64,000 bases of DNA from Octopus sinensis (GCF_006345805.1 NC_043007.1:1984001-2048000), one strand, 5' to 3'. Counted from the first letter of the stretch, positions 24,896 through 38,954 are shown. Notes: generated by a model from the sequence alone, not told the origin. Made by a program: numbers and translations.

Positions 24896-25055
24896 AAATG
24901 TGCAACCTGTGGGAAGGTGTACCATTGGAGGATTAAAGAAACATATCAAAAGATTTCATACTGTGACACCTGTACCTTCTGCCGGCCAACACAAACTGTG
25001 CACACAACTGTGCAGTATGCAATAAAATGTGCAAAACATTCGCCAGGCTCAAGAA
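24896..25055 (+). pseudogene. Frameshifted tandem C2H2 zinc-finger remnant (RTE C-terminus or ZNF pseudogene)
   Basis: CATCGKV/TIGGLKKHIKRFH and CAVCNKMCKTFARLKNH across frameshifts. Confidence 0.55.
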
Positions 25056-25576
25056 TCATACAAGGGCCTCATGTTGCATCATCAATGACTCAGTTCAGTG
25101 ATTCTTTCTAGCAATGGCTTTTGCTTGTATATAAGAAAGCAGTCTTATGTATGGGCATCCAGCTGTAGGAACCTTGCCAAATCAGATTGGAGCCTGGTGT
25201 GGCCTCCCAGCTTGCCAGTTCTCAGTCAAACCATCCAACCCATGCCAGCATGGAAAGTGGACATTAAATGACAACAACAACGATGATGACAATATATATA
25301 GATAACCTTATTCGGTGTGACCTTTTTTGCTTTCTTTTTGTTTCCTTCTCAAAACAGTAGGGTTTGATCTGAGGAAGCTTTGGCTACCATTCCGAGGAGG
25401 TCATTCTACCATACGTAAAGAGGAAATATCCATAATTTTGGCCATGACCAGTTGTCATGCTGGCCATTTTCACTCTCAACTTTTATCAAGCTTTCACGTC
25501 TTAAACACACAGCCACATTTGCTCTGCTTTTTTTTTTGGTATCTATGATTAGATTACCTAATACAGTTCTAATACA

Positions 25577-25646
25577 GGTATATGGCGTTGTGATTACGAG
25601 CGTGGGCTGCTAAACCCAAGGTTCCAAGTTCGATTCCAGGCAGTGA

Positions 25647-25680
<34 letters not shown>

Positions 25681-25825
25681 CATAATAATAATAATATTGA
25701 AAAATACCTTAGGAATGAAAACCCAGGTTGGAAATTTCCCCAAGACACCTGATGAAGGCTGGTGGGTGTATCAGCCGAAATGTTGTGTTAGCAACAAACA
25801 AGATGAGGACAAATATCCATCAAAT
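25577..25825 (+). mobile_element. tRNA-headed hammerhead-bearing SINE (HH-SINE) copy 1; 3' end displaced to about 26619-26640 by a CR1 insertion
   Basis: B-box GTTCGATTCC at 25628-25637, (AAT)n linker, HHR motif at 25744-25789. Confidence 0.85.
25744..25789 (+). ncRNA. Minimal hammerhead motif in HH-SINE
   Basis: GACAC-CUGAUGA-A-GGCUG(10 nt)CAGCC-GAAA-UGUU-GUGUU; family consensus stem III is ACGU. Confidence 0.75.
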
Positions 25826-26619
25826 TGGGGCCTGTGTCTGAACATGTCAAAGTGCTGTCATCTGCCTGTCGGCTCTACTCCTGCAACTCAACTTGATTTC
25901 GAGCCGGGTCGTCTGCTGCTGGAGAGGACCGATCAGGTAAAGGACCTGGGTATCTTGGTGGATTCCTCCTTTTTGCCTTCGGCCCAGTGCGTCCATGCTG
26001 CCAACAAAGCGCGCGAAATGCTGTTTTTGATTCGACAGTCATTCGGAATGCTCACAGCAGCCATATTCCTGCCACTCTATGTCACGCTGGTGAGACCCAT
26101 ATTGGAGTATGGGATTCAAGCCTCTTCTCCTTATCTCCTCAAAGATATACAGCATCTCGAAAGAGTCCAGAGGCTGGCTACCCGCATGGTTCATGGTCTC
26201 AAAAATTTGTCCTACGAAGAAAGGCTGAGGACGCTCGACCTTTATTCTCTTGAAAAACGCCGCCGCCGTGGTGATCTCATTCTCGCCCACAACATCATAA
26301 GCGGGAAGTGTAACCTCTCGAAAGAGCTGTTCTTCACTCCTGCTCCAGAGCGTCGGCTGCGGGGTCATTCCGAAAAGCTCTACCTGCGACGATTTCATCT
26401 CAATCGAAGGAGAGGAGCTTTCTCCGTCCGGGTTGCGGATCCGTGGAAAAGCTGCCAGACGAGATGGTGAAGATGCCGACGACCGCTTTGTTCAAAGCCT
26501 CCCTGGACCTCAAGTGGCCTGAACTGTTTACATGAACACCACCCTGTACTTAACTCCATGTCCCCCTACATGGCCTTGCTATTTGCTTTTGAGCCAAATT
26601 AACTAACTAACTAACTAAC
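25826..26619 (+). mobile_element. Young 5'-truncated CR1-group LINE
   Basis: Open frame with KDLGILVD, RPILEYG, LERVQRLATR and SLEKRRRRGDLI; (TAAC)n tail; CAAAT target duplication at 25821-25825 and 26619-26623. Confidence 0.93.
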
Positions 26620-27244
26620 AAATGTAAATATTGTAGATTACCTAATATTTTATTTTATTTTGATTTAGTAGGGTGTGATTTGAGGATGATTTGACTGGTA
26701 TTTCTAGCAAACTGAGCATCCATATAATGGTCTCCCTCATTATCTCATGGCATAATGAACGAGTTAACGACATTCGTTACTATGTGGTACTAATTTATTT
26801 AGTTTATCTAGTTTCACCTGTTTTTTTTCTGCATCTGTTTCTTTTTGCACAAAATATCAGATTTCCTTTTTCCCATGTATTTCCCTTTGTTTGATAACAA
26901 TATCAGATCTCTGTCAAACGATACAGTTCCATGAATGTTCTACAAGTGTGACCGACCGTTTGTCATGCACTTCCATTTTTAACAGATATTGTTTTGTTGT
27001 TGTTGCTTTCAACTTCCAACGAATCGGTTAGACTGACAAATGATCCTAATTTTGGTCATGCCAATCAATTTACAGCCTCGTACATCTAGTTAATGATTCT
27101 TACATCATTAATTTCAGTATCGGTGAAAGTAATTTAATGAATACAACACTTTGCTGAGAAGGCCACTCGAAGTTTGAAACATGTCCAGCATCGTCTCCCA
27201 TACTAATTGGAAAAATTCAAGCAATTTTGGCAGCATACCTATTA

Positions 27245-27411
27245 GTACATTATATACATTATTTACATTATTTACATTTGACAGATATTTGTCCTCACCT
27301 TGTTTGTTGTTAACACAACGTTTTGGCTGATATACCCTCCAGCCTTCATCAGGTGTCTTGGGGAAATTTTGAACCTGGGTTCTCATTCTTAAGGTATTAT
27401 CATAATTATTC

Positions 27412-27442
<31 letters not shown>

Positions 27443-27450
27443 TATTATTA

Positions 27451-27502
<52 letters not shown>

Positions 27503-27514
27503 TGTCACTGCCTG
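27245..27514 (-). mobile_element. HH-SINE copy 2, headless and inverted
   Basis: Reverse complement of the HH-SINE body; HHR at 27312-27357 with G12A but intact ACGU. Confidence 0.85.
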
Positions 27515-27769
27515 CCTGTGGGTGTAGTGGTTAAGAGCACGGGCTATTAACCCCAAGATTCCGAGTTCGACTCCAGGCAGTGACCGGAATAATAACAATA
27601 ATAATAATAATAACAACATCGAAAAATACCTTAGGAATGAGAACCCAGGTTGGAAATTTCCCCAAGACACCTGATGAAGGCTGGAGGGTATATCAGCCGA
27701 AACATTGTGTTAACAACAAACCAGATGAGGACAAATATCCATCAAATGTAAATAATGTAGATAATGTAC
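27515..27769 (+). mobile_element. HH-SINE copy 3
   Basis: A-box-like GGTGTAGTGGTT, B-box GTTCGACTCC at 27565-27574, HHR at 27666-27711. Confidence 0.88.
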
Positions 27770-27949
27770 AAAATTCATTCACAGGCCAATTGTTTGCCTG
27801 AATTTACTGTAGAAGACATTTGCATTGTGCCGCAGGATGGACCCTGGAATCACATGCTTGTTAAGGGAACTTCTGAAGTACAAAACAATGCTAATAATAA
27901 TAATAATAATAATAATAATCCTTATAAACACTTATAGATATATATATAG

Positions 27950-28435
27950 ATCTCTGTCTTTTGTCAATTTCTTGTTGCAGTCCTTGGACTGTTGCCATGC
28001 TGGGGCACTGTCTTGAAGAATCTTTAGTCAAATAAATCAACCCCAATACTTTTTTAAAAGTCTGGTAATTATTCTATAAGTTTCTTTTGGCAAACTGCTA
28101 AGTTGTAGGGATGTAAACAAACCATCATTGGTTGTCAAGCAGTAGGAGAACAGACACTGACACAAAGATACACACACATATACATATGTACATACATACA
28201 CACACATGCATACGTACATACATACACACGCGTACATACACACACACACATACATACATAATACATACATACATAATACATACATACATACATAGAAAGA
28301 AACAAACAAACAGCAAACAGGCTTCTTTCAGTTTCTGCTTACCAAATCTACTCCAAGGCTTTGGTTTGCCTGTGGTTGTAGTATATGATGGTTGTCCGAG
28401 GTGCCATGCAGTGAGTTTGAACCTCCAAAGCCATG
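27950..28435 (-). mobile_element. Degenerate SINE family A
   Basis: GTTGCCATGCTGG...CAGGCTTCTTTCAGTTTC...GGTGCCATGCAGTG. Confidence 0.7.
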
Positions 28436-28648
28436 CTTGCACCAATAAACACTAAACAGCCACGAACAAAAGTAGTAACATTCAGTCAAACCGTTTTCCA
28501 TTTGTGATTCCATCTTACTGCGTATCACATCTTCCCATCATCTCCCATCTTACCGTTCTGTCATGTGAAGGTGGAATATATAAATCACCAGTTTTTGAAA
28601 GCAACTCAATATCCTGAAGATTCCTCTGATATCCCTGCATCAGTCTGC

Positions 28649-28679
<31 letters not shown>

Positions 28680-28907
28680 ATCCAAAGATTTAATTTCAAT
28701 AAATTATTTGACTTTTAACGATTACTTTATGGGGCCGGCGGTGAATACAAATATCTGCAAAAACATTGCGTGCTACAAATAATTACAAATGTGTTTATCT
28801 GAATGTATATTGTATGAAGCCTATTCTCATCCTGAAGAGGTTTTTAATATGACATTTTAATAATAAATTCTTTTAACTTTCAATATTAATACATACATAC
28901 CTACACT

Positions 28908-28953
<46 letters not shown>

Positions 28954-29479
28954 TAGAGCGAAATTAAAAAGGAAAGTTTAATACAGTCTTTATTATTAAG
29001 CCATGCATTATTTTTGATCTGTTGTTTCTTTTGTTTGTTTGTCTTTTGTTTTTTGCATTTTTTTGATATTTAAATGATGTAAGAAAATGTCTAATGTGTA
29101 GATTTCCTCTTCTAAATCATGGCATTTATTTTAATTTGTTCTGCTAATGTTTAATTGTGAAAATTTAACTGATGTATCACTTCATTAGCAACATGGTTGC
29201 CACACGAATACTCTCGTTTGAATATTAACATATGTATGTGTGTGTTGTGTGTTTCTCTGTGTGTGTGTGTGTGTTTTGTGCCTGTGTATGTATTTGTGCC
29301 TTATTAGGAATTGTTATGAATCAGTTATGCCTTTGATAATATTTCCTCCCCCACCCCACTTCCTAGTGATTTGTTACAGGTTTATGATAAATGAGACACA
29401 ACTTTCTGCTTGATGAGTTTTTATTCTGTGTTTGTGTATTATATATATGTGTGTGTGTATGTGTACGTGAAGTAATATA

Positions 29480-30240
29480 TACATCATCATCATCTTCGTT
29501 TAATTTCTGTTTTCCATGCTGGCATGGGTTGGACGGTTTGACTGGGGTCTGGGAAGCCAGGAGGCTGCACAAAGCCCCAATCTGATATGGCAGTGTTTTA
29601 CAGCTGGATGCCTTTCCTAACACCAACCACTCCATGAGTGTAGTGGGTGCTTTTTATGTGCCACCAGCACAGGGGTCAGAGGAGTTGTCATCGACCATGA
29701 TCAGATGGTGCTTTTTACGTGCCACCAGCATGGAAGCCAGTCAAAGCGGCACTGGCATCGGTCATGTTTGGATGGTGCTTTTTTACATGCTACCTGCACG
29801 GAGGTCACAACTACTATTTCCATTTGATTTGATTTTGATATTGATGTTGATGTTGATGTACTTGACTCAATAAGTCTCCTCAAGTACAGCAGGTCACCCT
29901 ACGATCCAAGCTACTTTTGAGTGGGCTGGTTATGCAACACTGGTGTAGGTTACAGCTGTGAACTCACTTTATTTGCCAGGTCTTCTCAGTCACAGCATTT
30001 CTCCAGAGGTCTCAATCTTTTATTATTGCCTCTATGAGACCCAGCATTCGAAGGTCATGCTTCACCACCTCATCCCATGTCTTCCTGGGTCTCCCTCTAC
30101 TCCGTTTGGGAGTGACACTTCTTCACACAACTCGCCTCGTCATCCGCAGTACATGACCATACCAACACAAACGTCTCTCTTGCATGCCACATCCGATGCT
30201 TCTTATGCCTAACCTTCCTCTCAGGGCACTTACACACTAT
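29480..30240 (-). mobile_element. RTE-clade LINE 3' portion
   Basis: Shared RTE 3' UTR plus degenerate C-terminal coding sequence (GRPRKTW-like). Confidence 0.75.
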
Positions 30241-30445
30241 CGTGTAGGTACACTGACATTACATATATATATATATTTTCGTCAAAGCGCCGAAAATATT
30301 TTGACAAATTAAATTTAAATGTTGAAGTGAATATAACGGTTTTTGTGTGTTTCTTAAATGGCTTATAAACACCTTCGACGCTGCAATTGTTTTCGTTCCA
30401 GCACACGATCTCAGATCAAGTCACTCGTTATGCAAGTACATCTCC

Positions 30446-30498
<53 letters not shown>

Positions 30499-31264
30499 GA
30501 TATTAGCCAACCGAATATGGCTAGGGACAGGGCAGGGTGATGGGGGTGTCACTGTTGCATTTAGCCCCAGGCGAACATCAACGTCACCAGATAGGCCTGA
30601 CGCCATCACGGCGTCCTCTATCTTGCAAAGGGAGACCACTCACCAAGAAGCGGATACCACACACGGACCTAGGTTTCAAGGTGTATTGCCTATTATCAAC
30701 GTGTGGTAGGCATCGCCTCTCGATGAACGACCAACTGTGCAAGATATATATAAGGATTTTCAAGTAAATACATTTACTGATTTCGAAAATCTGTTCGACA
30801 GCAATAATAATTATTATTGCTATATATATATATATATAATATATATCCTTTTTTTGTCTTCATGCACACATCCACACCTAGATGTATGCATACGTACAAT
30901 AGGGTAGGCAGATGCTTGTAAATGCATATCCCTTTTCTGGTGAAGAATGTACTTCCTAACATAGGGTCGCAGTTAATGACTTTTGACTTAAAGCTAGAAG
31001 GTCTCAGAGGTGCAAACCAATCTGGAAATGGAAGGCCTGAAAGCTTAGGGACCATTCAGGTAGTCAGATATTTAATGCAAGAAAGTATACTAGTCCCTTA
31101 ATATTTTATATTCAACATTTCACATATTCAATAAGACAATCAATACTTCATTTCATTTTACTATATATATATTATTTATACTATATATTCTATATTCTAC
31201 ATTAATATTATAAAGAATATAAATAAAACATAAAAAACAGAGTTGGAATTCCTTTGAATAATAT

Positions 31265-31606
<342 letters not shown>

Positions 31607-32990
31607 GATACATCCACACATTTTTATTGTTTTACTGATTGTAATCATTGGGCTGTGACCATGCTGGGGCACTTCCATTAAGGATTTATAGTCAAACAAA
31701 ACTTAGTGCTTATCTTAGTTTGGTACTTGTCTGATCATCTCTGCCTCTCAAAGTACAAAGTCACATGACATTGATTGAGTCTATGTAAACAACACCAGAT
31801 TTTGGGCTGGTGCAAGCTCACACACACACACGTGCACACACAATGGACTTCTGTACCACTTCCATGTACTAAGACAACTCTACTGGCAGCTCATGGATAC
31901 GTGGTTAAAACATTTGCTTCTCAAACGCACAGTTTTGTGCTTGTTCCCTACTGGTACCTTGGCAAGTCCCTTGCCTGATAACTTGGGTAAGTCCCATCTG
32001 CTGTCCTCAAATACCTTGTAAATGAATTCGATAGAAGCCACCTCTACAGAGCCCATTGTGTGTGTACATACTTAATAAGCTTCTTTTAGTTTCACTTTAG
32101 ATCCACTTAAAAGGCTTTGATTGCCCCAGGGCTCTGTTAGAAAGCACTTGTTTGAAGTGTCACACAGTGGGAATGAGCTAGAACCGGGTGCTTGTCAAAC
32201 AAAATTACATGTTATGGTTGCCATGGTTTCAATTCCATGAATTATTGTCATTTCTATCCTATCCACTGACTTTTGTACAGATGTCTAAAACAGGATTATG
32301 TAATGACAGTTTGATGCAGATGGCACCTAATTCTATGAATATATTAGACATGACACAAAACAAACAGGCACCAAATTCTTTTGCACTTCTAGCACAAAGA
32401 TATGCATGTAGTTCTGCTGACAGAAATAAAAAAAAAACAAAAGAACAGAAATAAAAAATAAAAGAATAGAAATATAAAACAAAAATTACAAAGAATTTGA
32501 TCAAATATTCTAACAAATTCCAACAACTCCATAGATTTGTCCTGGGTTTTTTGCTGCCCCCTCTCCAATCCCCAAAGCAAAATTGACCTCAGAATGCAAA
32601 GAGTCACAGCAACAAATACTGTGAGGAATTGTATCCAATAGTGTTTGCTTTTCCTTACCATATTCTAACTGAGATATAATGCCTTTGTTTGAATTAAATT
32701 AATTTTTTAAAATAATGAAGAATCTAATAAAATAACTTTCTTTTAAGTTGGTGTTTTGAAGAGCATAAATTAGATGGAAAGTTTGAATTTCAAACACTTC
32801 CATCAAAGTTTCATGTTAATTTCTGCTCTCCAAAACAACTTAAGGCAAAATTATTTAATTAAATTTAATTTCAAACACTTTAAAAAAAATACAAAGTTTG
32901 TACCATTGACCCAAAGGGTGGTCTCCATGTAAGCTGCTTTCAAAAGGATTAGATTATACAACTCTGTCTGTGTGTATGTGTAGATGTTAA

Positions 32991-33696
32991 CCCTTTTGTT
33001 ACTGTATTTGTTTTGACATGCTGTATATTTCTTTCAATTAATTTTAAATATAGCAAAGAATTTAGTAAAATAACTTATTTATCATTAAGCTAGTGTTAGG
33101 AACATAAATTGTGACAAAGGTTTGGTGGAAGATTTTAATTCAGAACTTTTGAAAACAAGACATTTGTACTACAGAGCCAGAGATGGTTTCAGCCAGATTG
33201 GTATCAAAAAGTTTAAGAATTGTTTCTCTGTTATATATTTTTACCATATTTTTTTTTTCGAGGCTCCGTGTTTCTTTCAATTAATTTTAAAATGTAACAG
33301 AGTCAGAGCCAGTTTCAGGCAGGTTGGTATTGAAAGGTTAAACACACCTCTACATTTCAACAGTTGCACATTGGAAGCAGTTAGGAGGTTGTGGACTGAA
33401 GGAAATTTAGGCTTTTATTTCTAGCATAAACAGTGACCACACTGAGGTTTCCTTCTCTTATGTCTTCTGCTGATTATTTTTCTTCTTAACACTTTTGTTA
33501 CCATATTTCTGTTGAGATGCTCTGTGTTTCTTTCAGTTAGTTTTAAATATAACAAAGAATTTAGTAAAATAACTTCATTATCATTAAGCTAGTGTTAGGA
33601 ACATAAATTGTGACTAAGGTTTGGTGGAAGATTTTAATTCAGAACTTATGAAAACAAGACATTTGTACTACAGGGCCAGAGCCGGTAACGAAAGGG
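32991..33696. mobile_element. MITE cluster including the MITE-spacer-MITE composite
   Basis: MITE 32991-33212, deleted MITE to 33337, spacer 33342-33485, MITE 33490-33696; TTAA junctions. Confidence 0.85.
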
Positions 33697-34465
33697 TCGT
33701 ATATTTACATTCAATGCAAGTGTATGCATGTATAAAGTGCTACATGGTTGCAAAACTTGGGCTGTGAATGGAGAGGACATGTGAAGATTAAAGAAATGAA
33801 CCAATCATGAAGCATTCACCTACATTCAACGCAAGTGTATACATGTATACAACAAATTATTGAAACTTCTCTGAAGTGGTGAATAATTTAACCCATTATA
33901 TTACTGGTATATTTTCTGGTTTTATTCTTTTTCATAATCCATAACCAAGCAAGATATGAACTCAGATTCATCTTATACAAATCAGACACCTTTTATTGCT
34001 GTCCCCCCACCTCTGTCATTTTATTGCTGTCCCCCCACCTCTGTCTTTCTCTCCCCCCCACTTTTTCTCTGCTCTCTCTTTCTCTTCTCTTCTCCCTCTC
34101 TGTCTTTCCTCATGTATGTTAACGTTATTTTACATTCACTGTATGATGGTGATGATGATGATGATGATTTAAGGGAATATATCAGTAAAACTACAGTGCT
34201 AGCAAACTAGATGTCCTACAGGCATCCGATTCCTGCATCAATTCTTACTCTCCCCCCTCTCGCTCTCTCTCTGTCTTTCTACATACACACACACACATGC
34301 GCGCAAGTGTGTGTGCGGGTATACATATATACATACACACACACATACATACACATATATAACTCATAGATTATGTGTGTATATATATGTGTGTGTGTGT
34401 GTATATATATATATATACACACACACATATAAATACAATATATACAACAGACATATTCATACTCA

Positions 34466-34541
<76 letters not shown>

Positions 34542-34569
34542 TGCATATATATACATACATACATAAAAG

Positions 34570-34600
<31 letters not shown>

Positions 34601-35779
34601 TTTAAAGAAAATGGAGAAATGCAATTGACATATATATACACATATACACACATATATATATACATACATACATATATATATTTTATATATACATACATAT
34701 ATATATACACATACATACATACATATATATATATATGTACTTGGGTGTGCATGTCTGTTGTATATATTGTATATATATATATGTATGTATATATGTATGT
34801 GTTGTGTGGGGTCGGGTGGGGGCCTACTTTAATGGCATTCTAAATTCTATTTACCCTGTTGTGTGTGTTGTAGTCTATGTTGCGATAAAATGGAAATGCT
34901 GATATATTGGTTTGTCTTTGAACATGCCTTTTGATGTTGACCTTAAAATATTGATCCTGTCGTATTTGTTTGCCCATTTGCTAATATTCTTAGAAATTTT
35001 CACTGCTAACACCTTCACCCACATGTATGCACGTGTGCCTATGTGCATGTGTGTATGTGTTTGCATGTGCGCGTTTGTGTGTGTGTATGCATGTGTGTTT
35101 GTTTGTGTGTGTGTGTATGTGGTGTACATAGGAAAATAGATTTGGTTATTTTTCTAGGAAGTTATAGGAAGCTATTCTTGGATATTTTTCTAATGGAAAC
35201 GGTTACGTAATATGTTGCATGTTGTAATCTAGTTCCTGCCATCCAAAATCCTACTGCTAATTGCTGTGGTAATTGATGTCTCATCCACTTTATATAAATT
35301 TCTAGTGGTGTGTATACAGGGTTGCTGAATGGTTAAGAAGTTCGTTTCAAAATCAGGAGGTCCTGGTTTCACCTCCACCATGTAGCATTTTAAAAATGTC
35401 GAATCAAGCCTTGTCAGTAAAATTAGGTTGACAGAAACTTACTTGAGGCCAACCAACTGGATTGCACCAGTTATGCAGTAGCAGTAGAGGGAACTCTACT
35501 GCCCATCTTTTATACCAAGACAAAACAATGTACATGATAACACTTCCAATCAGTTAAGATCAGAAGCCATGAGAGCCACTGTCTGGTACTGCATCAGGGC
35601 GTTCATCATCATCATCATCATCATCATCATTTAGTTGTCTAATATCTATGGCATCCTTTTACTACATCATTGAGCGCACATCTTGGTGGGCCTTAAGTAC
35701 CTGTATGGATTTGCTCTGGTTTTGCATTGTCTCTCATATTGAAAGTATTCTATGTATTGTGTGTGTGCAAAAGCTTATA

Positions 35780-36110
35780 ATGTTATTTTTTGTTGAAGTC
35801 ATTGTTATGGCCGATGACAGTACCACCTGATTGGCTCTCGTGCCAGTGGCACGTAAAAAGCACCATTCGAGCATAGTCGATGCCAGTGCCAGCTGATTGG
35901 GTCTGTGCCGGTGGCATGTAAAAAGCACCCACTACACTCTCAGTGGTTGGCGTTAGGAAGGACATCCAGCTGTTGAAACTTTGCCAGATAAGATCAGAGC
36001 CTGGTGCAGCCTTCTGTGTTGCCAGGACTCAGTCAAACCATCCAACCCATGCCAGCATGGAAATGGACGTTAAACGACGATGATGACGATGGTGATGATG
36101 ATGATCATCA
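35780..36110 (+). mobile_element. RTE 3' fragment
   Basis: GGTTGGCGTTAGGAAGGACATCCAGC...GGACGTTAAACGACGATGATG. Confidence 0.8.
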
Positions 36111-36261
36111 TCATCATATACATAGATAGATAGATAGATAGATACATACATACATACATACATACATACATACATACATACATACATACATACATACATA
36201 CATACATACATACATTCATTCATATATAAAGTCTTGGGGTTTATATATTTGTGTCAGCATT

Positions 36262-36480
36262 TATGTTTTTCAATCATTCCCAAGGCTGCTGTTATCACAG
36301 CTATTGTTTCTGGTTTCAGCTGCCCAGTAGTCATCACAGTTTCTAGTCTTTATTTTGGGATTACTTTTGTTTTTTTTGTTTTTTTTTATCATTTCTGTTA
36401 GAGACCCATTATTATTGTCTATAGGGATTGATACATCGATTACAAGGTACTTCCCTTCCATGACAGCTATCCTTGACAAT
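36262..36480 (-). pseudogene. Degenerate R4/Dong-like restriction-like endonuclease fragment
   Basis: KYLVIDVSIPIDNN resembles IIDIACPxDN in the better copies; abuts (TAC)n(TAA)n. Confidence 0.5.
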
Positions 36481-36522
36481 GACAACTACTGCTACTGCCA
36501 CTACTACTACTACTACTACTAC

Positions 36523-36564
<42 letters not shown>

Positions 36565-36599
36565 TAATGATAATAATAATAATAATAATAACAATAATG

Positions 36600-36630
<31 letters not shown>

Positions 36631-36735
36631 TAATGATAATAACAATGATGATGATAATAATAATAATAATTCTATCATTTTATTTTTCATTGATATTATT
36701 ATTATCACCATCATTATCATTATTATTATTATTAC

Positions 36736-36790
<55 letters not shown>
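36480..36790. repeat. (TAC)n/(TAA)n then (TTA)n microsatellite block
   Basis: Direct reading. Confidence 0.95.
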
Positions 36791-36791
<1 letters not shown>

Positions 36792-37279
36792 CTTTTTTTT
36801 TGCATTATTATCATGCTGATTACTTTCCAACAACAAAAACTACCGAGTCTTCAGTGTGTGTAATATTTGAAACTGCTGGGAGTCGCAACTCATAAACTCA
36901 AAGAGAAAGATAAGAAGTAGGTGTGTGATGGATGCAAATGAGAATTCCTGTATGAGTTTATATATTTAGCCTGTCAGTTTCCAAGCAGAGCTTACATAAA
37001 ACTTGGGAACTCAAACAGAGATGTTTTGCATTCTGGGTTTAATGTTTTTATTCTTTGCTTTTTTTCTTTCCCTTTTCCTTTTTCTGTTTTGTTTTCTTGT
37101 CGTTGTTTCTCATTTCATTTATTTTGGATTTGTAGCTTTTAATGTAATTTTTGTCTTTTGAATTACACTCTGGAATTATTCTCTTTTGATAATTATTTTT
37201 GGTAATGAAGCACACACAGTCTTATGTATGTGTGTGCATTTGTACATAAATGTATGTACGTATGTATGTATGTATGTAC

Positions 37280-37318
<39 letters not shown>

Positions 37319-37679
37319 GATACATGCATTCATACATATATATATGATGCATACATACATATATATATACATACATTCAGGCATGGATGGATGGATAGAT
37401 GTATCTCTGTGTGTTTGTGTGTATTCATATATATATATATATGTATGTATCGATCTATCTATGTATCTAGACACATATGTACATTCATTCATTCATACAT
37501 ACATACATACATACATACATACATACATACATACATACATACATACATACATGCATACATGTATGTATGTATGGATGGATAGATGGGTAGATGTATCTGT
37601 GTGTGAATTTATACTTATGAATATGTATAAATTTTTATTTGTACCCAGTGTAAGCTATGGACACATAAGAGGTGCAGCA

Positions 37680-38240
37680 ATATGAAAGGAAGGCTTGGGA
37701 TGAGGTGGTGAAACACGACCTTTGAACATTGGGCCCCACCAAGGTAATGACTAGTGACCGAGACCTTTGGAGATATGCTATACTTGAGAAGACCTGGCAA
37801 GCCAAGTGAGACCATAACCCATGGCCTATGCCAGTGGTTTATAACCAGCCCACTTATGAGTACCCTTCATTCATTGGACAATAAACATTGCTTGCGAAGA
37901 TCTGTTGAGGCAAGTGAAATCAAAATCGTTGACGTGGCCAATGACAGTACCACCTGATTGGCACTTGTGCCAGTGGAACGTTAAAAGCACCATCTGAGCG
38001 TGATAGTTGCCAGGGCCACTGACTGGCTCTCGGGCCGCTGACTGGCTCTCGGGCCGCTGACTGGCTCTCAGGCCGCTGACACCTAAAACGCACCATTCAA
38101 GTGTGATCATTGCCAGTGTCACCTTACTGGAACCTGTACTGCTGGCACATGAAAAACGACATTCGAGCGTGCTCATTGCCAGTGTGACCTTACTGGAACC
38201 TGTACTGGTGGCATGTGAAAAACACCCTTTGAGCATGGAG
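37680..38240 (+). mobile_element. RTE C-terminus and 3' UTR with short internal tandem repeats
   Basis: AWDEVVKHDL...DRDLWRYA; 19-bp unit CTGACTGGCTCTCGGGCCG x3 near 38018-38076. Confidence 0.8.
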
Positions 38241-38790
38241 ATTTTGTCACAGAATTGTCAGCATGCCTGGCAAAATGTTTAGCACCATTTCGTCTGTCTT
38301 TACATCCTGAGTTCAAATTCAACTGAGGTCAACTTTGCCTTTCATTCTTTTGGGGTTCGTAAATTAATTAAGTGCCAGGGAAACACTGGGGTTGCTGTAA
38401 TTTACTAGTCCCCTCCCCACATATTTCAGGCCTTCTGCCTTTTGTAGAAAGAATTATCATTATCATTATTATTATTATCATCATCATTATCATCATTATT
38501 ATTGCTTTTTTTGTTTGCAGTGAGGAAACTTCTTGTATTTTGTCAGATTCAGTAGTTTTCAGATTGTTAAATGGCAAAAGATAAAAGTTCCCATTACAAA
38601 GTTCTAAAAGTTGAACATGTTCATTGACTTCCTAAGCTGTGCAACATACATATATATATATATATACATATATATACATATATATATATGTATGTATATA
38701 TACATATATATATATATATGTATGTATGTATTTATATATGTATATATATGTATGTATTTATACATATATATATGTATGTATGTATTTATA

Positions 38791-38821
<31 letters not shown>

Positions 38822-38911
38822 ATATATATGTATTTATATATGTATATGTATGTATTATATGTATATATATGTATATATCTATGTATATATGTGTATGTAT
38901 CTATCTATCTA

Positions 38912-38954
<43 letters not shown>

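Noticed and set aside
25577-25648. tRNA-like heads as true tRNA genes
   Set aside because: Anticodon varies between copies (GCT, ATT, ACT), there is no acceptor stem, and each is attached to a repeat body
25697-26470. 257-aa ORF as a host gene
   Set aside because: Chimera of HH-SINE sequence and a CR1 RT C-terminus
30500-30680. HDV-like fold in a CpG-rich repeat (GGGGCTA/TAGCCAT)
   Set aside because: No P3, P1.1 or J4/2 elements; left as an unclassified repeat
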